64,000 nt of DNA from Antedon mediterranea. Lineage: Eukaryota; Animalia; Echinodermata. A model generated the notes under the pieces. The model searched no databases. It was not told the origin of the DNA and saw only the letters and a program-made list of their open reading frames with translations. Within the stretch, counting starts at the first letter, position 1. Each line of letters starts with the position of its first letter. Below are positions 37,501 through 51,800 of the stretch, piece after piece. The translations under genes and the position numbers were made by a program. The stretch is from positions 22,834,871 to 22,898,870 of the forward strand of contig NC_092676.1 in assembly GCF_964355755.1 (NCBI RefSeq), given 5' to 3'.

Positions 37501-40500
37501 GTAGGGAGAAAACGCGTTGTTTTCTTGTTTCACAACACAATCAATAACCGACATGTATATCCTTACAGGAACAACAGTGCAGTGTACATCAACTACTTGC
37601 CAATATGGAGGAACTTGCATGTTGTCTGGAAACTATTACACGTGTGCTTGTCCTCTCGGAACCAGTGGTGACAACTGCCAAACGTGTATGTATAATTGTG
37701 TAGCAAATACCTAGATTTTTGTATGTATGGTTATAATAATGAAGATAGTATGAGTTGTAATTATTCTTTAATATAGTTAAATATAATTTGAATTATTACT
37801 ATAACTACCTTTGAAATGTATTAGCAGTTGGGTGGACATAGGAATGTATTAGAAAGGTTGCCTTAAAGCTCACAGGCATGAATGTTAAATATAATAATAT
37901 TTGATTAATTGTACATAAATCAAATATGCATAACATAAAACATATATTTCTCTTAAAATGATAAAATATAAAATTTTGCAAAATTCATAGATTAAAAAAA
38001 ATGTCTCTCTATTCATATCATTTGTGTACAAAATAATATGGTTTTTAATATCATGTGTTGATCATGTGTAATTTGATCCATCCCTACTGAAAAGAATGTG
38101 CTTATTTTCAAGTAGATCGTGTAACACAAATAAATTCCTAAATTTATGAAACATAGTGGAAACTATAGATCGATAAATATTGGAATATATGATAAATAGA
38201 AATGTTTTGTCCCCACCTGACCTTTACAACTCTTAACAGATACCAAAGCACAAGAAATCTTTTACTAGACAACACAATGTAGTTCTGAGTATGAAAATAA
38301 AAATGCATAAAAAGTGTTAAAAAAATGAAAACTACGAGCCTTTAACTTAAAAAAGATAAACTTACAAATAGTAAATGTTTAAATAAGGGAGGTTTCGATA
38401 AAGTTAGTAAAACATTTTTTTCTTTATGATACTTAACATGACATATAAAACACTGGTTTCATACAAATCAAATTATTTTAATTGTAATTGTTTTGACAAG
38501 GATGTGAAGGGGAAATCTAGATTAATTATATAACGGTATGTTTATATGCTCACATTTGTTGTATCTTATAATTATACAGAGCTTGTCTTCCTCAGCGAGA
38601 GGCTGACGAACCTACGCAGTTTCGAACAACTTATTTCAATAACAAACGTACCTTCTAATTATTAATTGAGCATTTTGGTCTCTTTTTAGTGACATCAACT
38701 GGGTGTTCAGGGAATCAGTGTGGTTTCTTCGGAACCTGCCAAACACTTAACCTTGGAGGATACACGTGTGTCTGCTCAAATGGATACACTGGTGACACCT
38801 GTAATGAGGCCCCACGTAAGCAAGACTCCGTTTATTCAGTATTGCCACAATGTTATAGGAATATGTACATACATATACTGTAGTTTAGTTTATTATTATA
38901 TTTTTGTTCTGTTCAGTAGGCCAGACTATATTTACACAAAATGTTTACTACTGATTATTAAACAAAAATAATTGATGTAATTAATCATTTTAATATATCT
39001 GAAGAAAGAACAATGATTGATTAAAAAATGTCAAGCGGCGTTTTTAGTAAGAAATATTTCTTGTTTAATGTATATAATCAGAGAGAGTGAAATTACTACG
39101 TGATTTCATTCCTCCATCACGTGATATAATTAATGCTATTTTCCTTTTTAATACTGAGACTAGCAATGAATTCAATCAATGTGATTTTCGTTTACTGATC
39201 TCCTTTACCCTCAGCATCGTACTGTAGTTTTGGGACATGTCAACAGAATGGAGTTTGCTCTTTGTCCGGTAATTACTTTGAATGCGATTGCCCTACAGGA
39301 TACGCTGGAACAACTTGTGAACTAAGTAAGATACTTGCTGTTGTTAATATTTATTTTAAATTAATTACATTTCGTTTCATAGATTGTACTTTGTAGAATT
39401 TTGTTCTCGCGCATTAACGATCTGTTGATACAATAATGAATTTTTATGAGAGCAATTTGGAGAAAGATGAAATGTTTTCACCTCATGCAATTAGTATTTT
39501 CCCCATTCCACGAATGTAAAACTTCCATTATTCGTTTAATTATGTCAAAATTCGAACAACACATTCTTAGCTAGGCTATAAGTTTAGAAAAGCAGATTAG
39601 CGATACAATCCATATCAATCCATCCAGTCTATTATACTATGTGACCCATCGTCAAATCAAAGACCAGAATCTATTTTGGTGTGTTATGATGGGGTTTGTT
39701 GATGTGCATCTGCATTGTGCTTTTGGATAGTTTTTAGATATTGAATGGGTTATTTAAAACGCATACCTATTTTGTTTTTTTTTGGATTGAACTGTCCCTT
39801 GTTATTTGTATACGTCCTAGTTTTGTCACTCTAGTGAGAACCAAATTCTTTTTGGGAAGTACAGTACGGTATACATAAAATACAATAATAAAGTCCTAAA
39901 AAATGCTATTTTAACTATGAAATAAAGTACACAATGTAAATAAAAAAGTGGACTCATTCAACACTTTTACATAAATGAACATTTATTCATGGAACATACC
40001 TTACTAGGCCCCTAACTGTTTGGTTCTTTTTCCACTTGGAGGATGTACATTTAAGATTTATGTTACGCAGAGCACAGATGACATTTTGGCTGTAAAAAAT
40101 ATTTTTTAATACGATTTTTTACAGGTGCAAATCCATGTGATGAGTCACCGTGTGTCAATGGAGGTCAGTGTAATTTCGTCACTTCTACATCATACTCTTG
40201 TTCCTGTCCAAATGGATTCGCTGGAAGCACGTGTTTGGAAGGTAAGAAATTAAACCATTACTACATTATATCACTAAAATAAATTCGTTTATATTATGCA
40301 AGTTTTGCCTTTAAGTTACAAATAGGCCTATAGGTCTATAGTCTAGGTTATAGAGACAAATTCACCCTCATTTTCGAAAACAGAACATTTGAATACATAC
40401 AAAAGCGCCCATTTTGTGAAAAGTCTGCAGTATCTATAATAATAGACCGTATTTAAACACAATTTGTGATCGGTTTTACAATTCTTTAAAATGCTATTTT

Positions 40501-40891
40501 GATCAATATTGTTTGAATAAATATTATATGAATTTACTCTTGACATGATTTTCCTGTTACTCAAACTTGGTGACAAAAACAAGATACTTTTACAGCGCCA
40601 TCAGCAGGCGTTTTTATTTCCCGCTAGTGTAGGCATGGAACGCCATTTATGCCAACATGTTTTTTGTTTTTTTGTGTCTACGATTAATAAGCTGAATTAC
40701 CGTCCAGGGCCTTGGTTAGACTAACACTTGCGTCACCACGGTCATACACAAAGCATTCTGAATTCTTAATTTATAATGTAACTTTTCTTCTTTCAGCATC
40801 AAGCTCATATTGTCAAGTTTTCAATCCATGCAGTACTAGCGGTAGTTTCTTGACGTGCACTCTTTCTGGTAACTGGTACACTTGTGTCTAA
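34567..40891 (+). CDS. Secreted EGF-repeat-only protein 1 (signal peptide + 6 complete EGF + terminal 4-Cys half-EGF), 289 aa
   Basis: Exons 34567-34627 (MSSGLFLLVIASTLGLVAGQ), 36181-36294, 36987-37115, 37569-37685, 38690-38815, 39215-39325, 40125-40241, 40797-40891 (stop). All introns phase 1, one EGF module per exon (e.g. CDSSPCFNGGTC...CTCPSTYTGSQC). 870 nt in frame; no TM segment. Confidence 0.85.
35340..35378 (+). ncRNA. Penelope-type minimal hammerhead ribozyme motif inside a ~55-bp-arm inverted repeat (35275-35415)
   Basis: attc-CTGATGA-t-GATC aaacaaa GGTC-GAAA-CG-TT-gaat: core boxes, 4-bp stem II, palindromic AACGTT stem III, 4-bp stem I (ATTC/GAAT). Confidence 0.5.
35677..35879. mobile_element. 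MITE related to the 22085 element
   Basis: TACGTTCACACTGAGTTTGGATTC...ATCCGGACTTAGTTTGAACGTAGC. Confidence 0.6.
36394..36717. mobile_element. TTAA-flanked non-autonomous TIR element (Kolobok-like), family 3
   Basis: TTAA|AGATGTATTATCCC...GGGGACAATACATCT|TTAA. Related copies at 31945-32183, ~16879-17222 and an inverted degenerate copy at ~26516-26728 share internal text (CCATTTTAATGTCACATAA, TTCAAAGTCTGAT). Confidence 0.78.
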
Positions 40892-42336
40892 TCAGTGTAA
40901 CGTTTGTGGAGGTAAGTTTGTTTACTCAAAATCGTCACTGATTAGCTCCAATCAGTGCACTATGAATTTAAAGATTCGATTCAATTTGTATTTAAAATAA
41001 ATTTATTTCTTAAAATGAAAACATATAAAAAATTAAACTATACTGTACAATTTCTATGAAAATATCATGCATTTTAAAAAGTATAATTTGGTAATTAAAA
41101 CAGAATGAAGATTGAAAAAAGAGGAAACAGTTGGATCATTTAAAAATTAATATTTGTTACGCTTTTCATAGTTATTAAATCATTATTGATTATAAATATA
41201 TATTTTTATTTTCTAGACTCGTCAATTAATTCGGATTGATACAGTAATACTTACGGTGGTTATATTAAACAATTTATTATACATTTAGTAGAATTCTAAT
41301 AGTTTGAAGTGATACAGTGTAATTAATATTCTTAGGATTGTTTCACACGAGAGACTCAACGCAAGGATGTAGAGTTGACCAAGCGACATTTGAATAACCC
41401 ATCGCTTGTGATTGGTTACATCCTTATGTTGCGTCTCCAGAACGATCCAAGTATTAGAAACGTATAGCATCACATAACAGTGTTTACTTTTAATATTACA
41501 TTTTATGATAAATATAATGTTTATAGTATTTTTGTATTTCTCTATAATGGTGAGTTCGTAAAATAAGTAAAGACAAATAGTTAATAATGGTAATTTCCAG
41601 CAGAACTTTACATGTACAACCCAAATACCTGTTTACAAGGTTTCTCCGAATGCCTAGCGTGTTATACTCGAGAATCAGCTTTTATGTAAAGCATCCAACA
41701 GCAAAATGTACGTAGCTGGTTGTAGGCCTCCTGGCCTAGTGTAAATGTACAATGAAGAGCCGTCTCGGTTGATTGGTCAGATCAGTCACGTTTTGTACAG
41801 ACGCGAATATAGAGTCCGCTTTAAACTAGTTCTAACTAGTTGTAACTATTTTCAACCAGTACGGAAGCATTACATTATCTTGTTAGAGTCACCATCTGAA
41901 CACCATTATCATTAAAATTAGTTAACATTTAACTTATATTTTGTATACGTATCGATAACAAATGTCGTTTTTTAAATAAAGGAAATTATAACATTAAGAA
42001 AATGTGTAATTAACATCATTGTTCTCTTTTCATAGTGTTTAATATACATTACAAAACTAACAATATTCCTACAATAAGGAAGGATTAAACTAATGAAATT
42101 AAATCACATTTCCAATTACAAATATTTGTAGAAATATGAAAATATTCTAAGCGGTAAATATTGAGGAGCATAAGTGACCATTTAAAAATTTAAATCATTT
42201 TACTGAAGTTACTATATTATTTGGTTTACTCTTTCTGTGTATACAATATTTAGCAAGCTTGTTTTGAGGTAATCGTACCCACACACATAACATTGAAAAT
42301 CATACGTTATTGCATTAAAACATATACAGTATTTGG

Positions 42337-43249
42337 TATTATATAACACCTAAATAAATTCCTGTCATTTGATTGGACGATTGTGGGTCACATGGCGTGC
42401 AATAGTACGCACTATTAAACGATCGTTTAATAGTACTTTTTGAAACATTTCTGTGTACGAAAAAAAAAACGTCTCGCGGATGAAAAAAAATCTAGTACAC
42501 AAATTATCCTATGATATGGCTCTGTACTGTGAAATACAAAAGCGCCACCTGTCGTCTGGTCTCAGTTTCATTTGTAAACACCACCGCGAGATATGCAACA
42601 GCATGCAGATATTTGTGTACGATTTGGACATTATGTACTAATTTCATTCAAAAAGGCATTTAAATTAGCTTTAGATCGTTTTTAGGATTTTGATTAATTA
42701 ATGGGGACATCCCTACAAGACGTGGAATTGTTGGAAAAACCATAATTAGCTTAGATAAGTTCCAATTGTCTGTCGAAGTTTTGCCTTTCAGCCAAGCTAG
42801 GTCTAGCCTCTCTAGGCCATGTTAGTATTAGGCTAGGCCTAGCCTAGGCGTTTTAGCCTTGCTAGGCCTAGGATTGTTTGGTCGTTTGTTGACATAATTA
42901 ACACAAAAGTAGGTGTGTTTACGAAATCCATATAAATATAACATTTAATATAAAATTATTAAAAACCAAATGTATTGTTACTGTTTTTAATCAATGTGTG
43001 TGAATGAAATGTAGTAAGCTTTGGCTAGGGCTACCTTTTATTTGATTCAAATAACTAGAATTTATTTAGATGTTATATAAAACAAATAATGAATGTTTTG
43101 TATTCGTGTAATGGTACAAATAATGGCACTTGGTGAATGATGAAAGGTTATATCAACTCGGCGTTGCCTCGTTGATATAACATTTCATCATTCACCTCGT
43201 GCCATTATTTGTACCATTACACTCATAAACATTCATTATTTGTATAATA
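42337..43249. mobile_element. Non-autonomous element with terminal/subterminal inverted repeat and 160-bp terminal palindrome (Crypton-like, tentative)
   Basis: TTATATAACACCTAAATAAATTC (42339-42361) is the inverse of 43058-43080 (22/23 match), which is immediately followed by a near-perfect palindrome 43082-43243 centred on CTCGGCGTTGCCTCG. Confidence 0.65.
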
Positions 43250-43357
43250 TGATAATTCCTAAACATTGGTTCCCACTGGGACGTAACGCAAGGACGTAGA
43301 TACAACGCAAGCCAGTTTACCATTGACGAGTAATCCATCGCTTGTGATTGGTCAATA

Positions 43358-43509
43358 AAGCGTGGTTTCCACTAGCGACGCAACGCAAGGACGTAACGCA
43401 ACGCAAGTGAATTGACCAATCACAAGCGATGGCTTATTCGCTTGTGATTGGTCAATTCGCTTGCGTTGCGTTTACGTCCTTGCGTTACGTTCTAGTGGGA
43501 ACCACGCTT
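43358..43509. mobile_element. Palindromic MITE family 2 (well-preserved copy nested in an older copy)
   Basis: AAGCGTGGTTTCCACTAG...GACCAATCACAAGCGA...TCGCTTGTGATTGGTC...CTAGTGGGAACCACGCTT with TA on both sides. Host copy ~43260-43560, adjacent copy ~43562-43703; other degenerate copies at ~14-184, ~11647-11787, ~41340-41445, ~57180-57286. Confidence 0.85.
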
Positions 43510-44111
43510 TACTTAGGTTGCGCTTACATTCTTGCGTTGCGTTTTAGTGGAATTCTAGAATCTAAGCGTGGTCACAATAAGACGCAACGCAAGCGAGACC
43601 AATCACAAGCAACAGCTTGGATGATTTATCGTATAGTGATTGTTCAGTATACTTGCAGCACGCTTATGTCCTTGCATTGCGTCCTAGTGAGAACCAAGCT
43701 TTAAGTTTAATGATGACAAAACACATACTAGAAAAAAAGTATCTAGGATTGCGTGTATTGAAGATATTTTGTTTAACAAGTTTTCAATATTGCAGTTTAG
43801 ACTGACAAGTCCAAGCAACAAAGGAATGAATACTGAACGTTAGCATCGTTAATTAGGCGTAAAAAAAAGGAATTCTTCAGTTACCGTCTTGTCTACTTTA
43901 TAAATTGCAAACTCGGCACACACGGCCAAACCCTTGTTTATTTTCATCACTGCATACCATGGATCCAGCCAACCCAGCAAACAATTAAAACGTTCTTCGA
44001 ATTTCGGAAATGTTGTTATTATTTCAGTCTTGGGTACGGTAACAGTGGTTCTAAGGTGCATTTAGCTTTTTGAACAGAACATTATCTATATAGAAACAGT
44101 AACATTAATCT

Positions 44112-44230
44112 GGAGTTGTGGCTTGGTGGTTATGATGCTTAGCTACCAATCCAAGGGTCCGGGGTTAAGTCCTGTCATATGCCAGGATTTTTTGTCATGA
44201 CAATTTGGAACTCCAGTCCCAAAGACTTGT
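44112..44230 (+). mobile_element. tRNA-derived SINE (5' part)
   Basis: GGAGTTGTGGCTTGGTGGTTATGATGCTT (A-box-like) ...GGGTTAAGTCC (B-box-like) ...AACTCCAGTCCCAAAGACTTGT; homologous copy on the minus strand at ~32820-32931. Confidence 0.65.
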
Positions 44231-45803
44231 TTGTCATGTTAACGAGATTTAAGAAGAATAGTGATTGAATTTACTTGTGGTTATCCTTAGCAATTTGCCT
44301 AAAATGATAATAAAATAAAATATTTAAAAAAATGGGGTGTTCATGCGAAAGAGATCATGCAGTCAGTGCTTCAGTGTATTAGCTATTATAGTATCCTTTT
44401 CTCTAGTTATTGGTTCTTGTAACAAACTAGAAGCTATCCACGCCACAGAGGGTACCCCAACTCCGGGGCAGTTACAGATACAGATTAACAATATTACAAC
44501 CAGTACAATTGCAGTATCTGTATACCCCATTATTTGTATTAAGCACACAAGTGGAGAATTTACACACAGTTTTAGCCACCATATTGGATCCAAGGTGGCG
44601 GATAATTTTATGTACTTTCTAATAAGTCTAATACAGTAGAGTGAATTGAAATGATTGAACAAACGACGCGGGTTTGGAACCTAGCCCATCCCAGCAGGTG
44701 ATCACTTTGAACTTTGAATTTACCAGACGATAATGATAGCTTAAATCGTTAGTTTAACTTTTTGATCTCCTGTCTTTTATTGTTCAACCAATTTTACGCT
44801 TTACGCACACATGTTTAGATTCACGATTGTGAGCAGCTGCAGTAACTCATGTAGTTTTGTATAAAGCCGGTGGTAGATGTAATCTACCGTGTAAACCCAA
44901 CCTGTCTTTAGAAACGTACTCATGTTTCTAGAATTAAATGTTGTGGGTAGACGGGGAATGCAACCGGATGTAACCAGTCCTCTGTTGTTTTCTGTCGGGA
45001 CAGTCTAACCACTCTTCACTGATCTAACATTTCAAAGTAAGAAACCCTCGGTAAATTTTAACTACATCGGTGAAACAATTTGTAATATTCTTCAAATCAT
45101 TCGATTTATTTAATGTCATCACATCAATTAGATTTTATACAAATTAAGCCAATCCAATAGTAACTAGGCCTACATGAGATGACGGTGAAAAATGATATGA
45201 ATATTTTATTGCATACGTATTTGTAGCGTAGAAAAGGAAGTTAGGTATATATATTAAATTATTGGCTCTATTGGACACATCCAAACATTTAAACAATGAT
45301 TGAAACTAATGATTTTGTTGCTCATAATTCAGTTTTTTTAAATATCGAGGCAAATAATGTTTGCATTTTGTTTAAATGTCCAATACATAAGATAAAATAA
45401 CTGGTTTGATAAAATAAGTGTTTCTTAAATTGTCCCCACTAAAGCTCTGGTCTGATCTGCCTAATCAAATCTCAAAGAATTTACCATACAAAATAGTAAT
45501 TCCTGTTATACGTTAATAAGCAAAATGAAAACGAAAGGTGGGCTCCTAATTAAAAGTAAGCAACGTCTGAATATCTAATACCTAACTGATACCAATTATA
45601 AAACACACCTGACTGACTTAGATGCATCAAATGTCAATTCAACGACAGATTACCGAGACCTTTTGTGTTTCATAGTATCTGGGCTAGAAAAGTTTTCTGT
45701 TTATAAACACAACAATTAGGGAATCATTGACATACCGTATACACCTGTGAAGCGACAAGTAAGTGAAGACATTCCGGATTCAGTCTTGGCTTCTACCATC
45801 AAC

Positions 45804-48800
45804 ATGTTCTTGCAACCACTGTTTGGTGTCATTTTGTTGTCCATTATTACAAATGTTAATGGCCAGGCTGGTAAGTTATAGCTTTTATTGTTTTTGATTG
45901 TAACAATGGAATCAAATTTCTTAATGATATGGACAAAATCATGTATTAGGAAGCGTTGTTGAGCAACTTTTGTATAATCTCAAAACAATTAAAGTAAACT
46001 TAATGCTACTTTTACGGAGTTTTCTACTCATTAATAAAATTAATTAATTGCTGTAAAATCATTTTTTTTTCAATTAGTAATGCCGTTACGTCGAATTATA
46101 GTTGAGCTTTGAGGGTAATATGCTCAGCTATCGATCCAAATGTCTATTCAAAATAAGATTTTGATTCTGACATTAAATGCAACCCCAACGATTCGCTAAA
46201 TAAAGATCTTGTGTATGTTTGTTCTGTGAAGGAATATTGTTTTCACCTGTGTGCTGAATTGTTTGATGAGATTTTTTGTTCATTTTCTAATTCGTTCGTT
46301 TAATTATTTACTTTCTTAAAGTTTATATTAATATTGTCCAAAATATTATTATTGGCCTTGAATTTTGTTATGCAAAGTATATTTTTAATGAAAAATGTGA
46401 TAATCCTGGTAAAATATTTTAGTTACCATGCTTTAACCTTCTTTTTAAAGATATAAAATTAATGATAATGTAATTGGTCTTTTGGTAGTGGTATAGTCTA
46501 AACAATATAATTTCAATTTTTTCAGTTTAACAAGTTATTAAAGTAGCCTATCCACTATTTAACAATTGTCTATGCATGCTTTAAAACGGGACTCTACAGC
46601 TCACTATGTCGGTCGGTTGGTCGGTAAACAGTAACTCAAATTTGAGCACGCTACTGCAGCCTTGTATATGGCCTTGTTTTTAGTCGCGTGGAAGCGACTC
46701 TATAGTTCACTATGTCGGTCGGTCGGTCGGTCGGTCGGTCTGTCGGTCTGTCGGTCCGGTATCACTATGCGTTTTATCGCTTTCTGACCTTATCTTGATA
46801 TCAGTTTAATCTAGCTAAGTCAATTTTTCACAGTATATTCCTTATGGCCAGGAATCGATGTGGTTATGTTTTCACGGTGCGCAATAAAAAATTACGCGGT
46901 CTACGCACGATTTAACGAAATCACGTTTGTAATCATATCTTCACAACCATGAATCACAATTAAATAAAATTTGGTACTCATAAATTTCAGGGCATAAATC
47001 ATCATATGGCAATACAATTACGTGCGTAGCGCATGTAACGCATGCGTACGCGCGCTTAAAATTTTCTTAATTTATTTTCGACGAAATAAGAGTACGTTTC
47101 AGGCAATTTTAAGCGTTTACAAAATTGCCATGAGTGCGCAGATTTTTGTGCGCGCACTGCGCGTTAAATGTTGTTGCGCACTCTTTTTGCCTTATTTCTG
47201 TTTTCTTGACTTACTTTTCAACTCGAAATTACGTTATACGAGCACGTCAAAAGTGACAGGCTACGCACGTGTAAATTAAAAAAATATAACTGTTTTTAAA
47301 CATTTCAACATTTTTAAACATGTTCAGTAATTTCGGTCAGTTGGTAGGTTGGTCGGTCGGTCGGTAAACACTAAGCACATGACTGCAGCCATCTATATGG
47401 CCTTGTTTTTTTAGGTTCCTAGTTCGTATAAACGATACAATGAGTGTCACTTTTGAGGTTTTCTTTTGTTGATTTAAATACAAGTTTCATTATTTATTAG
47501 TATAATTATAATCTTTTAGATTCTTCTATTATAAACTAACTCAATATTATATTTATACACAAGGGAGTGTCAAAGTGCTGTGGTACTTAACATTCCAGCG
47601 TTTTGGCTCCATGTTATGACTTCAGCAAAACCTAGTAAAAAAAATCAGCTATTTTCTATAGGCGATATTTCGTGCGAATCAAAATAATTTTTAGTATGCA
47701 CCATTTTTGCATAGCTGTAATGTCATTCTTTTCGCGTGTCAGTCAAGTTGTTCTTGACAAGTAGAAATTGTTATTTTCTCAAAAGTCGAACAGAATTTCT
47801 TGCAGAAATGGTTTCGGCAAATGGAAAATATGACTATACATGCTCCAAATGCAGTTGGAAACAGGCTCGATTGAAACACTTTTCGCAAAAATGGCTTTAA
47901 TTTTAGTGAATTCGCTGTTATTCAATTATTTGCTGTGAACCCTTGTTAGGTTTCAAATTTACTATTTGTTATTGAAACTTGATAAGATATTCTTTTATAT
48001 AATTATATAATGAAGAATAAGATACAGAGTTAAATAACACTTAACAAACGAACGAGACTTTATGATTTGTTATTGAAGCAGCAAATCTTATGAATGTTGA
48101 TATTTGATATCATCATACCTTTTATGGTTGAACTAATAATGAAGGGATATGAATTATATATAATTATTATTGTTATGTAACTTCTAAACAAATTAATAAA
48201 ACTAACGAAAGCATTCTGTAATTTAATCTTCATGACGGTTCTTTTAAATTTTTAAATAAAAAATAAAACCATAAAAATGGTGCGATAATAATATAGATAA
48301 TCCCTGTTTTGGGACACCCTAATAAGGATAAGTTTTCCACTTCCAATTAATATTATTTATTTTGTACAACACATAAACAGAAGAAAGCCCTCAAATATGT
48401 CACCCTAACGCTAACAGAGGTTCTAATAAATAATATATAGTATATAGGATTTAATTTTTCTTAAAAAGCAGACAAGTGAATAAGAAAAGCAATTAAAGTA
48501 TAAGTCTTAAAAGCCGAATAATCAGATGATACGCTTTGCGTAATCTCTTCCAAAAGTAAGTTTCTATATAAACATTTTCGGTATTTGACATATTTCACGT
48601 ATTTAAATGATGCAATATCTATTGAAGAAGAGTAAAGTAGAACAAATGGCTTTCCAATAAATAGTATCTCACCGACCTAGAATTGTATTGGTTAGAGATA
48701 CAATAGAAATACAAACGATTATCTAAGGTTATAGGCAAATAGTAAAGTATCCAAAGAAAGAAAACAGTATTTTTTATTGATCTCTAGAAATTCATTTTCT

Positions 48801-51800
48801 CTAACTGATACAAAGCAGACAAATCTTTACAAATAATTAATTAATATGAATATACAATATTTTTTTTGAACGTTTTATATCAATACAAAATATTAAAAAA
48901 AAAATGAAAAAATATTGGGCAGCCACAAGTCCATGCATTTTCCTTATTGGCATCATTGGAAAGCTCTGGAATATACGAGGTGATTGTTTTTTTCTTAATT
49001 AGTATGGAAATTGATACATTGTAAAAATAGAGGAAGCCATTTTCTATGCTCGATGGTTTATGCTTTGTCAATAGATGTTTATTACTGTAGAAAATATATA
49101 AAAAAAGAGGATGGGTCAATCAATAGAGTTTTGTGACAGATATGCTTCCCATTATATATCATATTCCACATAGATAATTGAGATTCCAGAAGATATTGTC
49201 TAGGTAAAATGTCCATTGGAGCGCATGAGACGATTCACTCTTATGAATACAAATTATTCGTGGTTGTGAAGAATATAACAATGATGACTCTGGTATTGAG
49301 GACGAGTATACATATTTTTATTTTCAGTGGTCGGTATCGATATAGGCGTCCCGCTATCAAGTTCAACAAATTATGTTCAAATTATCCCTCTCCTCTGAAA
49401 AAGTTTTTAACTTGAACAAATATTAATAAACAAAAAGATAATGAATGCTTCTATATTGTAAATAGTCAATTGAGTTTAAACGACGTGGGTTTTATAATGA
49501 TGATAAAAAAAGTAAAAACACTCTATTTAGGCGCACATTTTCCACTAGTTAAGCATGATTTTCATTTAAATTATTAGCCCGAATCAAAAGCTATTGTGCA
49601 AATCGAATAACAACAGACACGCGATTGAAAAGAAAATTGCTTATTTAATCAAATAAATAGTCATTTTTAGGATTGTTTTTTCTGCGAAAATAGTAGGTTC
49701 GAATTAATGTATTCACCAATTCACCAATGTTCAACTGTATTCTAAGAAACAATAAGAGAATTGTGCATAAATGATCACAATGTTTTCTCATTCACGACGT
49801 AGACATAATTGCAAGAACAAGTGGCATTTTCAAAAAAGTTGCTGTTTCGTATAAGGTTTTCACACGCTTTAAATACATAAAATAAAATGTCGGCTTCTTT
49901 TGTTTACAATACCCAACTCCTTAATTATTAGTGACGTCATCGCTGTTCATCATCTCTCTATATTCATAACTAATTTCATAAATATAACTCTTCCTTTCAG
50001 CTTGTGGTGTAACAGATGGAATTTGTCAGAATGGTGGTACGTGTATGAGCTCTGGCAATGCGTTTAAATGCGCATGTCCATCAGCGTACACAGGAAATTC
50101 CTGTACACAAAGTAAGTTTGGCCTGTGCCCTCGATGTTTCTTTTTTTTTGCGAGAAACAAAATGGTATGAAAACGAAATACATTATAACGTATTCTTGTT
50201 CGTTATTGATCATGCAAAATCTCAAAACCGTATTACGTTAACATTCAAACTCAATCACTATCCTAATGCACTATGTTGTATAGAACGAATCAAAAATAAT
50301 AAACATTTGTATTTACAGGTGTGAATGTTCCATGTATTCAGAATTCAATTACTTGTAGTGGGAACGGACAATGTGTTAACTTTGGAATATCATATTATTG
50401 CGTGTGTAATGCTGGTTACATCGGGTACAATTGCGAGGCATCGACCAGTGCAAGCATTATTGCTGATGGAAATGGTAGGAAGAAGATAATAGTTCTATTT
50501 GTATTTTTATTAAAGAAAAAGCATACACAAAGAAGCATAACGCTCACTAGTTGCATCGTTAAATTATTGTCAGAATTCACAATTTTCCAATCAGCAACAC
50601 GATTAGATATTAATTGTATTTTTAAGTGTTTTAGTTTGTTAAGTTGTCGTGATACTAACTAGATATATGTATTGCACGCCATGTGTGCCAATTATACACA
50701 TTTTAAGTCTAAATGTCATTTACAACCTACGCTATCATCAGCATTTATTTATTATAGTTTCTTGAATGTTCAATATTGATTAAAATAAATTCCCTTGAAC
50801 AATTTACAATACAAAATGTAAAACAACTAACATGTTATGATGTTAGAGTAAAGTTGTTTTTTTTAAATTGCAAACAACGTTTACAGATTAATATGTTTTT
50901 TCAAATGTCATCTTTTATTATAATTTCTGATACAGACGCGTGTGGTCTTTCTCCTGGACTTTGTTCGAATGGTGGAACGTGTATCAATTCTGGAAACGCG
51001 TACAAGTGTAAATGCCCCGATAATTTCGTTGGCAATTGCGATATAGGTAAGTATGAATTCCTGACATGTGTATATCCAACACTCTTTACTGTGCACCAAT
51101 TGTAACATCTTCTATCTGCACGTATAGCAATGAGTACGTGCAGAGCAACCTGTAATCTCTCTATTCCATGACGAGACGCAAGACGGTAATCGCTTCATAC
51201 CGAATCAACGAAACAACTAAGTATTCAATTGTTCTAATTATACCTTACAGACGATCCAGATGCACCTTGCGCATCGAATCCTTGTCTTAATGGAGGAACA
51301 TGCATGAACGTCTTGACATCATTCACCTGTACCTGTTCCAGCTCATTTACTGGTTTATTGTGTGAAACTTCAGTACTTGGTGAGATAATTATCTTGAATT
51401 TATGCTTTATATTATTTACTCTGAAAAATTAATTTATATCATCCTTTTCTTTAAATAATTATTTTATTGTAATTTCTGATACAGATAATTGCGGTTTGAA
51501 TCCTGGAATCTGTTTGAATGGAGGAACATGTATAAACTCCGGAAACGCTAACAAATGCAAATGTCCTGATAACTATATTGGAACTATTTGTGAAACAGGT
51601 ATGAATACAATGATCTCACAAGTTACAAGTTTAAAATGCCACTAACACTCGAAAACGACTCTACGTGCTGTACAGTTAGACATTGTAAACACGTTATTAC
51701 TTTTCCAAGTAGTATATAAAATAGTTTGGTCACCTCACGAATTTATAGCTTATTACATTAAATTCTGACTTTCTTGTATCTTCCATATCAGATATTTATT

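Noticed and set aside
44112-44190. tRNA gene
   Set aside because: A/B boxes are present but no convincing cloverleaf, and the 3' extension is shared with a diverged second copy, which indicates a SINE.
45702-45728. TATA box and initiator for EGF gene 2
   Set aside because: TATAAA is frequent in this AT-rich DNA and the spacing is short; not supportable without TSS data.
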